Assembly: GCA_032718475.1 (NCBI GenBank)
Contig: JAUCBJ010003413.1
Span: 1 to 42,087 of the forward strand
From: Nemertoderma westbladi
Lineage: Eukaryota; Animalia; Xenacoelomorpha
DNA: 42,087 bases
Direction: 5' to 3'
Shown: positions 23,696 to 34,350 of the stretch, piece after piece
Layout of the letters: each line of letters starts with the position of its first letter
Numbering within the stretch: position 1 is the stretch's first letter
Translations under genes and position numbers: made by a program
The notes under the pieces: model-generated
The model's database searches: none
Seen by the model: only the letters and a program-made list of their open reading frames with translations
What the model was told of the DNA's origin: nothing

Positions 23696-26046
23696 ATACG
23701 AGGAAATATGAAGTTTTCCAAATGGGTTAAGCCACATTTTGATCACTATTTCGGATAAAATGCTATATTTTAGCACAAAAAATTGAAAAATACTTTAATT
23801 TTTTTCCTAAATGTTTTCTTATAAAAACACAACAGTATCCGGATAATACAACAACGATCAAACAGGATGTTAAAAACTTTGACATCGATAATCTCTAATT
23901 GAACTGTTGTGGCTTAACAGTTAACACCCTTTTGCATAACACCGTCCATATATTGAATGTTCTCAAAATCTATATGATGTAATTTGTATAGCTGTATCTC
24001 ATTAATAATGTAGTGTGGTAAGTGTGCATCGGTTTATTTTTTTTCATTTTAAAACTGCACACACAGCGGTTTTTTGATATTTATAATATACAATGATTTA
24101 AGTATAAGTAGGCATACTGTGGTATATATGTTTATGATACTGAAGAGAGTAATAAATAATTGAAAACGTGTACTATGATGATTAATTTATTTATAATTCG
24201 AATCAACAGATATTACCTACAGTAGGTTATTAAATTAGGCCTTATTCACTATAATTATTGTAATATACACGAGTGGGGCCTTCGTGCAGCAAAAGCGGCA
24301 CCTGCAAGCATTATAATTTTGCTAGTTATATACTATATAGGCCTTTTCTAATCTTGGCTTCCGACTATTATGGTCTCCGACACACACACCCCCACCTAAC
24401 CCCACACATTACTCCAGTACTGCAGTAAGCCTACAGAGTAGAGTATTCAGTAAGTCTATTGTACCGGCACCCGTACCGGCACCGTTAGAAGAAGTGGTTG
24501 AAATACGAAGTTCCCGTCGCTTCCATCTGTTTCCGCCATTATCAGAACAAACAAAATTATTTAATGCTGAAAATGAAATAGGCCTATGTGCTATGTATTT
24601 TATTCCAAAATTGTATCATTACTCTACTCTATGCGGTTAGTATTAACAGCGAGTTGATATTTAGAACTTTACAACTTTTGAGGACATTACAGCATTGTAT
24701 TGGCCTGTACATTTAGTATTGTATTTGGTGTTATCCGTTAAGTAAATGTCCCCTTAGTGGACATTACTTAACGCCGTCATTGGTTACCACGTATACAATA
24801 GGTGGAAATTTGCCTGACAGCCAGATAGGCCTACTGCATTACCTACCGGTAGGCGGGGTATAGCTATTAATAACCAGTAGGGCCTACCTATATTATTATA
24901 ACATGGCTCCAAACGCCACCATAAATATAAGCTAACTTATTTATAACATAATTGATGTCATTTTTACATTTATAAATACAGCAACTAATTTAATTTGTGC
25001 AGTTTCTATCACTTATAATATATATACAATCATTTCGTAATGTTAAAATTTTGGAATAAAACTACATACATACTTGTTGCAAAGTACTTTACAGTGTTCT
25101 GATCCTCGTGGCTTTATTTTCACTCTCACCTGGATGCGTAGATGATTATTTTTAAACGATCTAACTGTTTTCGTCTGTTTTCCCTACATTCCAACTGTTT
25201 TCGCTTGCTTTCGCCTGTTTTCGCCTGTTTTCGACTGCTGTCACGATCTATAGTACTATCTACTATCCCACACACCCCCACCAACCCCCACCTACTCCCA
25301 CACACCCCCTTTTGCAAAACGGCCGTAGTATAATTATAACAGTTCACTGATGGCTCGCAGTTTTGACTCGCCCCACAATAGCATATTATGCAAAAAATAT
25401 AATATCACGGTATAGGCCTATACGGTAGCGTGTATAACTGTAGTCCTATTCAGGAATCATAATAAATAAATATATTATTTCCTATTATTAATTTAAATTA
25501 TTTTATAATTTGCTATCAGGTATCATTCGCCAATCAAAATAATGAGTATTTAATGTAGTTCATAATGGAAGTAAATTATCGACATTTTGGGTGTTATAGT
25601 TAGAGTCGCTTTTATCTTTACTTTTACAGTCATTAGCAATATCAAAAATAACATAACAGCTTCGATTTTGTCCTAGTCTTAACTGCATCTTATTTCGACT
25701 TTAATACTGTTTTTTAACGACAAAAGTTACCTCTAAATTTCTTTAACTATATTAAAAAGTACACACCTTGTGAATTTAACATTCTACAGTATGATTCTGA
25801 TAACATTTTACCATTAGGTACTGAACACAATTAATTAGTATTGACATTCAGTTGTTATATGGCACGCTGGGTGGCGCCACAACTTTAGATTACAACGTTT
25901 CACATTACGACTGCCATCATTAATTAATTGATAATTATCACATTATAACACAAATAATGTAAAAACGTTGAGGATTGTGTACAAATACTTCATCAATATG
26001 GCCAATAATCAAATCTACAGCCCCCCCCCCCCCCCCCCATCAAAAT

Positions 26047-26581
26047 GGGACACTTCCCCCGGACACTTCCCACCTATATTTCCCCCGGACACTTCCCACC
26101 TAGATACTTCCCCCCGGACACTTCCCACCCAGATACTTCCCCCGGACACTTCCCACCTAGATACTTCCCCCCGGACACTTCCCCCCCAATTAAAATGTTA
26201 AAATTAATCAAAATGCATCAAAGCAATAAACAAAAGTTAATCTATCTTAGAAGATAATATTCTAAAATGGTTACAGGACAAGTTGAATCCAGACAAGTTT
26301 TTTCAAAATTATAAAAGAAACTTTTTTATAGTCAAATTTTGTTTGTTTTTTCTTTTTATTGGGGGCTGCCGCCCCCAATTCTGAGCTAAGAAAGAAAAAT
26401 TGGATACAACTTGTCTTGATACACACGGTCCGTTTACCTTAGAAAATGAAAAATAAAAAAGTGCCAAATTAACAACAGTCGGGGGGGAAGTGTCTGGGGG
26501 GAAGTGTCATACTTGGACGGGGGGAACAGTCCGGGGGGAAGTGTCCGGTGGGGGGGGGGGGGGGGGAGTGCCCGGACACCG
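26047..26581. mobile_element. Non-autonomous DNA transposon with inverted arrays of CCCGGACACTTCCC motifs at both ends
   Basis: The left array 26047-26187 (GGACACTTCCCCC repeats) is inverted relative to the right array 26481-26580 (GGGGGAAGTGTCCGG...GGACACC). There is an inner inverted pair ACAAGTTGAATCCA / TGGATACAACTTGT. Superfamily not determined. Confidence 0.7.
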
Positions 26582-26809
26582 TAGGCCTACTTAATATACA
26601 CACAAGGAATGAAAACTACTACTGTACGTACATAACCTTCACCAATTATAATTGCACATTTCTTCCCCAGGCCGTTGGCTCCAGTACACAATCATCTATC
26701 TTACCGAATATACTATGCATTGTTTGCTCACATCCTATTTGCATAGTTAAAGCATTCCTCTCTCACTAATTATCAGTCACGCAATATTATTTCCAGGATT
26801 ATTGCTCTT

Positions 26810-27010
26810 CTATTGTGGGGCGAGCCACGAAAGTAGGGCGAGCTTAGCATACGGGTACCACGAACACAATCGGTGTGTCTGTCTTTTTGTTGTTCTGTCG
26901 TTCAGTTGTGTTCAATTTTAAACGTTAATAACTCCGCCAAATATCAATAAAATCTATCCAAACTTGGTACACATGTAGTCTGGCAAAAGTTTAGAAATGT
27001 TCCAAGTTTA
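26810..27010 (+). mobile_element. Helentron/DINE-1-like interspersed repeat, 5' part
   Basis: TATTGTGGGGCGAGCC head, short GTCT-rich tract, then CCAAACTTGGTACACATGTAGTC..AAAAGTTTAGAAATGTTCCAAGTTTA, which is shared with about 29890-29946. Family assignment is inference from architecture. Confidence 0.5.
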
Positions 27011-28716
27011 ATTTGCGTATGGCCTTCGAGAAGCTAAGATAATAGCAGTTAATTAATTAAATTAAAATTAATTAAGTTGGTTAGCGTAAAAACAGCATTT
27101 CCAACATGACTTTTGATGGAAATTAATTATTTTATAGCATAAGATATAAATAATTATACTTAAAAATTATACAGCTGAAATCCCCATACCCCATTCCATT
27201 ATAGTTTTTAATTAGTTCAAGGGATTTTCTTTAAGAAATGTGTTTTTAATTGATCTAAACGTAATTAAGTTATTAAAATACCCCGTGATACCCCCCGTGC
27301 GTATGCGATATTTAATTATTTTTGCTAGAAATTTGTGCTGTTTGTATAAAATTGTGAATCGCTACCACTTCTATTTTGTGTTATATAAAAAATAAATATA
27401 ACATATTACTTTTAAAACATAAATTTCCTGATAATACCTGCCTTTTATCAATCCTGTGTGCGCTTTTGATTTGGCGTGGTGCAGATTAAGAGGGATGTTG
27501 TAGGGTGGGGGGGGGGGGGGGGGGGGGCTTTATTTCCCTCTCTGATTTACTGGTGTTTGGTTAAATTTCTTAAATACCGAGTTTGTGATATAAGTGGAAT
27601 CGCTCAATATTAATCTGTATCTCATATTATCTAACTAAGCCTCGTGCTGCGCGAAGGCGCCACGAACGTGTTAACCAAGTTGCTGATATTTCCAAATTGA
27701 ACATTTTTTTTAAATTTAACGTTAATATTATGAATATTCAATTTCAGTGCGCTTTAGAGCGCCTATATCAATTCCGAAATTATTATTAACCGATTTCCGG
27801 TGATAAATTTGTTAAGTTCCTAGAAATAATTGAAACAATTCCTTCGGATTGTTCGTAAAACAATCCGGATGGTATGACCTAGGTATAAACAATAAAAATC
27901 ATAAGCAATCGGTCGAGATAATCAAATAATAGTGTGAACATATAAAAATAGGTTTCCAATTAAAATGGGTTATCTAATTACATGATTGCATAATTAAAAG
28001 ATGCACCGAAAGTGATCAGGAGACGCAGACATCTGGATTAAAATCAACCTCAGATCATCATAATTTAATTATTAATCAGAGTAGATTAAGGCTGAGTCCT
28101 TAAAAACGAAGCACAATGATAAACGAAGCACTAGAATCACCAGCTTGTGGATTCGAAAAATATTGAGGGCATGAAATATTTTTAGCTCCAAAGGTCAGTA
28201 TTAGTGGTGGGAATGAAAATTTGGAGTCTGTAAATTAAAGTATAAATTGTTGGATTGGATAGTGTCCCGAGTAACATATGATAATAACGGGTGTATTATT
28301 AATAGTTTTTGAGGGAATGTTATATTAATTTTAGCTTGTCAGTGTCGCTTGTTGCCAGACGTACTGATGTTTTTTGGTTGTATTAATTTTCTATCAGATG
28401 AAATACACAGGGGGTTTGATAAAATGTCAATGATGACGTCATTCTGTAAAACAAGTTCTCGATTTTTAATGTAATTATAGAACCCAGACAGTTTCTGATG
28501 TCTTTATCAACATAGACTCCACCCAACCGCAAAAAGGCTATTACAGTACTACAGTAACTAAGTTGAGGAGGGATACAGATCTATTAATAGCCTCAGGTTA
28601 AATGTAAAACTTACCTGTCAGAAAGTAACTTTTATATTGTGTAATTATTTTGAATTTAATTAATATTATACCAGATCACTATTTTGGGTGGAAAAACTAA
28701 AGACTTTTGCTTATGG

Positions 28717-29004
28717 GCCCGTGCTCCACTGGTAAGTCGCATGTCATATGTTGTAAGTGTCAAGTCGAAATAAATCAGGGAACACATTGGTTTCAAGGGA
28801 CCGTCTCCACTGGTAAGTCATAAATCATGAGTAGAAAGTGATTTTGTCACATGTTTCATATTTTGACTTCGACTTATACCAGCCTGGAAGTCTGTGATTG
28901 GATACTTTGTGTATATATGTGTATGAAATATTGAAATGTGAGACGAATCCTATATTTTTTAACAAAATACTTACTTATTTAAAACTTACCAGTGGAGCAC
29001 GGGC
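28717..29004. mobile_element. MITE with perfect 21-bp TIRs (PIF/Harbinger-like terminus)
   Basis: GCCCGTGCTCCACTGGTAAGT at 28717 and its exact reverse complement ending at 29004; internal partial copy CTCCACTGGTAAGTC at about 28805. TTA/TAA lie just outside the TIRs, but the TSD is imperfect. Confidence 0.8.
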
Positions 29005-29736
29005 ATAATGAAGGAACCAGACGTGTTGGAATATTTCGGGCCATGAGAGGCGTGCTATCAACTTTGGTAATCATGAGCGATTGCATTACTGTAGGGGCGG
29101 GAAGAACCCTCATGGAAATCGAGTTAAGGGGTAATTGAAAAGGAGAAAGAAAGAGGAACAAACAGAAATAGAATTCACCTTTTTATATTATGTTACTTTA
29201 CTTTTAACATAATTTATTTACGATACTACTGTATGAGCATGAGTAATCCACATCATCCTTAAATGTACTTTTTACAAGTATGTTTATTCGGTTAACATAG
29301 CGAAACTTACAGTGTTGGCCCTTAATAATATTAATATGCTTATTTTGGATATTAATTTTTTAGGAACCACAAAAAAAAAAGTAATATTGAAATCAGAATA
29401 ATCATTAATTTCCACATAAAAAAAAAGCGTAATAAACCTGACCTGAACTGCGAAACAAACGTGGGTTTAGATGGTGAATCATTTACTGTTACATAAATCT
29501 TATTATTTTTGTCTGCGCTTTTCACCGCAGCTGCTGCAAATTGTTTTCTTATTTCTTTCCAAACCAAACCACGCCCACGTGTCGCCGAAATGGAACAATG
29601 ACACTACACTGAGCGTTAAATCATCAGCCAAACTAACGAAAATCTCCTGTAGGTACTCTCGATTATATTTCAGCTGTGTTCTGTTCTCAAATAATCCAGT
29701 AGATGGCATCTCGTATTCATACATATTAAATTTCTA

Positions 29737-30045
29737 ATTAGAAATATCAAGAACTCTCAGTGAGGCGAGCCGAGCCGAGCCGCGGCTACCGCCGACCGCC
29801 CTTTCACAGGTCTGTCCGTCGGACGGTATGTCAGTTGGTCTGTCGGCTAATGTTTGAAAGTCAATAACTAAGTCAATCTTTGATGAAATTAAACCAAACT
29901 TGTAACACATGTAGTCACTGAAAAGTTTAAAATAGTTCAAAGTTTATACCCCTAATTGATGTGTGTGTTCCTCATTAATGTTTGTGTTTCTGATTGATGT
30001 GTGTGTTCCTCATTAATGTTTGTGTTCCTGATTAATGTTCGTGGA
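29737..30045 (+). mobile_element. Helentron/DINE-1-like repeat with a short internal tandem repeat
   Basis: GC-rich GAGCC repeat head, TCTGTCCGTC-type tract, core shared with about 26955-27010, then about 2.5 copies of a roughly 38-bp unit (TGATGTGTGTGTTCCTCATTAATGTTTGTGTT..). Confidence 0.5.
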
Positions 30046-30700
30046 ATGAGGGAGGTGGAAATAGATATGATTCAAACTTCATTCGGTTGGGTTCGGTTGG
30101 GGGCGTCACTGAATTACGACACTATATTATTCCGGGACATTATTATAATAAAAAAAAGTATAAAGTGATAGATGAACATGTGAGACGCGAAACAGCGGGG
30201 GCAACCCGAAGGATCCTCCCTCTCGGCTGTTACCTATAAGGCAGATTCATGAAAATGAGTGTTTAAAGTTACAATTCAAACCTTCCCGATATTTTGGATA
30301 ATACCATTTTTATTGTTCAACAATAATTTTGTCAAAAATAAATGAAATGCAACGAAATTTTTCATCCTTGCTAAAATATAACAAATAAAATAACATTTTA
30401 GCAATTTTATTTATATACAGTAGGCCTACACCGTGAGAGCGTATGCTTGTCAAAAATCAGATTATAGCTCTTGTTTTGGTTAACTCGAGTTTGAGAAAAG
30501 ATAGGAGAAAATGGCTTGCTGATTTGAAATTTCCATTAAATTCTAATTTGTATTACAATTTCCAAAATAGGGTGCATATAGGGTGCATATACTGTAAGCA
30601 TATACTTTTTATACGCACGATAATACATACGGCTGGATGGAACGTGGACCTTCAAACACGAAATTCGTACACCATCTATCTGTCTATATCAATCAATAAC

Positions 30701-31091
30701 GGGTGAGTACAAAACAAAGACTAAAGACCCAAAAACTAAAGACCTGTACAAAACACATGTGTTGTTAACTTTTGTTTATTGTTTTGGTTCCCCCAACACG
30801 CCTCTGTATCACTCCTTTACTAATAACCTGCTCCTTTAAATGGCAATGGGACCTAACGCTCTTTGGGACCTAAAGCTCTTTCCGACCTAACGCGACTTTA
30901 CCTCTTTGTATTGTACAGGTGCCAAAGAGCGTTAGGTCCCATTGCAATTTAAAGGATCAGGTTAGTAAAGGATCAGGTTACAGAGGCGTGTTGGGGGAAC
31001 CAAAACAATAAACGAAAGTTAACACATGTTACAAGATTATGCAGGTCTTTATAATTGGGTCTTGGGTCTTTGTTTTGTACGCTACGCACCC
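30701..31091. mobile_element. Foldback MITE with long (about 170 bp) inverted arms and a 9-bp TSD; Mutator-like
   Basis: ATCAATAAC is duplicated at 30692-30700 and 31092-31100; ends GGGTG(A/C)GTA..CAAAACAAAGAC; arms are complementary through GGTTCCCCCAACACGCCTCTGTA and GGGACCTAACGCTCTTTGG. Long TIRs with a 9-bp TSD are characteristic of MULEs. Confidence 0.88.
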
Positions 31092-31247
31092 ATCAATAAC
31101 TGCAATACTACCTACCGGTACATAATATCTAACTCCAGGTCAGTGAAATGAAAAATATTTAGGCCTGAAAAAAACGTTAAAATTGAAACTCAAACCAAGT
31201 ACCGGTGAAGTCAGGAAGTAGTAACTCGAGACTGCACCCATCTCATC

Positions 31248-31782
31248 TATGGATAGACCGAATTTAAAATTTTGTCGAACCGGAACCGAACCGAATTTGA
31301 AAAAAAATTCGGCAAATTCGGTACCGAATATTGAAAGATTTGACACAATTTTAACAATTGATAATTTTAATTTTAAATGTAAAAAATTTATCAAAAAATT
31401 TAGTTTTTACTAAAAGAAAGGAGGAAAATCGGCTACGGTACTACTGTCTTGACTAGTATGTACTGTATGGGGCCGAACCGAACCGAACCGAAGCAGGGCC
31501 AACTTCGGGCCGAACCGAACCGAATCTGAACCGAAGTTCAGAAAGTTAGCAAGTTATGGTCATAAATTCGTATTTACGTCACTATACCATATACTGGCTG
31601 ACTGGCAGTGGCAGTGGCAGACTGGTAGGCCCTACCTATTTCAGTATTTGGTCTGCGGACTTAGCGAGAAAGCTATGATTAATTAAAAAAAATTCAAATT
31701 TTAAAATTCGGCCGGAACCGAATATGCCATATTCGGCAAAATTCGGTACCGGTACCGAACCGAATAATTCGGTCGATCCCTA
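31248..31782. mobile_element. hAT-superfamily MITE with an 8-bp TSD
   Basis: ATCTCATC is duplicated at 31240-31247 and 31783-31790; TIRs TATGGATAGACCGAATT / reverse complement TAGGGATCGACCGAATT; many subterminal (A)ACCGAA motifs. Confidence 0.9.
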
Positions 31783-31924
31783 ATCTCATCGACAAACGGT
31801 GAAAGGGATGAACTTAAATACCTGTTTGTTTTTGTTATTAGTCTGGTTGGTACGGGATACGGGAACACACCTTGTTGGTAACTCGTCGCCGCTGACCATG
31901 ACTTTAACTCACTTCTGTTAACTC

Positions 31925-34243
31925 ATGTATATTGTAATGGATCGTTCTGTGATCGAATATTCTATCCACAAGGTGAGCAGTTGCATGCTTGACTATCCTC
32001 CGCACAATGTTCTAGTAGACAACCCTAAAGATCATTCTAGTAGATGGGCTTCAGCCACTAATATTGGACCCCAGTATCTCGTACTGAAGCTAAACGGTCT
32101 GGCTGTCGTGAAAAGCGTTACGTTTGGTAAATACGAAAAGAGTCACGTGTGTAACTTGAAAAGGTTTAAAATCTACGGATCGGTACTTGGAGATTCGTGG
32201 ATATTGTTGCTGCAGGCCGGACTAAACAACGACAGTAAACCGGAGACATTCAACCTTAAGTACAAATTCAATGACAAAGAGTTCCCTTTCCAGTATATTA
32301 AAATTAAACCATTATTGTCTTGGGGACTTCATTTTAGTTTCAGTATTTGGTTCTTAGAATTTAAAGGCGTGTTTGAATCGACATATGTAAATAGTGCCTT
32401 AGAGAGTTATAATACACATTACCATTCGTAGGCTACTAGAATTTGTTTAAAATTTTTGAGGGATAATAATTATTTGGAGGCCTTTTCAGCTTTACAAAGA
32501 GAGAGTGAAGTTACCTTAGAACATCCTATTCTCTCCGAGTTATATAAAGATACTGTAATCGATGGTTTATATTCCGAAGTTGAGAGGAAGTTGTCTCTCT
32601 GTGCCGACGATGGGTTGTTTAATGGGGCAGTGAACGCGGCGGAGTGCCGAGTGAACTTCCGTAGACTAGGGCAGACAACTCGCCCGGGCGTCCGTGATTG
32701 GCACAAGGGTCAACCCCCGTACCCGGGCGCCCGGGGTGGGCACCAGGTGGTGTTGAGTTCCGATACCCAGCGGATCTATCTGTACGGGGGTTGGAGCGGC
32801 AACGCTGAGTTGGACGATCTGTGGGCGTACGGTATCGGTGCCCGGGAGTGGGCGTTACTGACGCCCAGTACCGCGGAGCTGGGCGGACCGGGGCCGCGCT
32901 CCTGCCATAAAATGTGTCTCGACGAGGTCAACCATCGCATCTTTATGCTCGGCAGATTTGTCGACTCCTCGGCTCGAAGCGACGCGCTCCGCAGCGATTT
33001 CTGGGTTTACAGCATCCCGGAGGACCGATGGATGCTCCTGGACCCAGACACCGCGGCCTGCGGGGGACCGCAGCTGGTGTTCGACCACCAGATGTGCTAC
33101 GATTCCCGGACGCAGATTCTCTACGTGTTCGGGGGTAAGTTGGTCGCCCGGAGGGATAACGCGTCGGTGTTCAGCGGGTTGTTCCGTTACGACTGCGCGT
33201 CGGGGACGTGGACTCGATTGCTAAGCGACGGGGAGGGCGGGTTGGCGTCCCGGACGGGTCATTGTATGTTGTATGAGGCGGAAACCCAGCAGCTCTACGT
33301 GCTGGGAGGGCAGCGCGGGAAGGAGACGACCAACGACTTCCTAAGGTACTCCGTAACATCGCGGAAACTCGAGGTCTTACTCAGCGGGTCCGACTCGGAC
33401 GAACCCATCGTGGGTTACCTCGTGCACGGCGGGTGCACCCATCGGGGTTGTCTGGATCCCGGTAAACGGGAGATCGTTATTTATTCCGGGTTGAAACGCG
33501 ATGGAAGTCGGAATAAGATCGACGAGAATTCCATTTGGGTTTACAGAATCGAGACGAATCGATGGAGTCGTGTGTTTAGTACGTCGAGTACACACCCTTC
33601 GGGTTCAACTACACACCCATCGGGTTCAAGTACACACCCATCGGGTTCAAGTACACACCCATCGGGTTCAAGTACACACCCATCGGGTTCAAGTACACAC
33701 CCATCGGGTTCAAGTACACACCCATCGGGTTCAAGTACACACGCAACGGGTACAAGTACACACCCGTTAGACACTCACCCGGCCCCCCGCTTCGCCCACC
33801 AGTTCGTTTTCGACCCATCAACCCGAACACACTACCTATTCGGCGGAAACCCGGGAACCCAACAGCGTCTGGACTCAAGACTCAACGACTTTTGGGAGTT
33901 GAACCTGATTGAACCCGGTGTTAACGAGTTGGTAAACCGGTGCAAGTATCTCGTGCGTAAAACTAAATACAAAGAACTTATCCTCCAAGGAGAAACTGTA
34001 GAAGCTCTGAACTTCTTACAGAATAACATTTCTACTGTAGTTGATCCGGATGACACACGGATAGTTGATGACTTTGGTACTTTGGCTTCCTTAGCATTCG
34101 CCTCTCCAACACAACTCCCATCCTCTTTCATAAAACCTTTACGATTACAGTTGTTTCACAGTCTAATGGAATATTTCCCAAATGATATGACCGAGCCGGA
34201 TTTTAGTTTAATTAATTTACTACAAAGTCATTTACCTTATTAA
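31925..34243 (+). CDS. MKLN1: Muskelin (discoidin-like N domain, LisH, CTLH, kelch repeats, C-terminal helical region), intronless, interrupted by one in-frame TAG at 32429-32431
   Basis: ORFs 31925..32431 and 32456..34243 share a frame. Motifs recognised from muskelin: SSRWAS, ITFGKYEK-like VTFGKYEKSHVCNLKRFK, PLLSWG..F.FSIW, RICLKFLR..NY.EAF..LQ, LEHP.L, PGARGGHQ, GPGPRSCHKM, GGPQLVFDHQM, PRFAHQ, FGGNPG, RLNDFW, YFP.DMTEP. 772 codons if the TAG is read through. An alternative start ATG lies at 31937. Functional status is uncertain. Confidence 0.92.
33590..33766 (+). repeat. In-frame 21-bp coding minisatellite (THPSGSS repeats) in muskelin
   Basis: ACACACCCATCGGGTTCAAGT units at 33590, 33611, 33632, 33653, 33674, 33695 and 33716, a variant at 33737 and a partial copy at 33758. 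Confidence 0.97.
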
Positions 34244-34350
34244 ATAATTATGCAAAATGTGCTGCCGTTTGTAATGCAGACAGTAGTTTAGTTTTATAAT
34301 AATTCTTATTGATTTCTCAAATTGCTTTCTTTAAATATTTGGTCGGAGCG

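Noticed and set aside
20695-23776. Many Cys/Trp-rich ORFs (RYWVLLGIVCC etc.)
   Set aside because: Translations of the 33-bp satellite in several frames and on both strands; indels switch frames freely.
29352-29737. Overlapping short ORFs as a possible exon
   Set aside because: No recognisable homology, no supported splice structure, and they are flanked by repeats.
16250-32431. Stop-codon reassignment (TAA/TAG as Glu/Gln) explaining both internal stops
   Set aside because: There is only one internal stop in about 770 muskelin codons and one in about 1800 retroelement codons, and muskelin terminates at TAA at the expected position. A reassigned code would normally show many such codons.
32400-32460. 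Small intron removing the muskelin TAG
   Set aside because: The frame is colinear with muskelin as I recall it across the site, leaving no extra sequence to splice.
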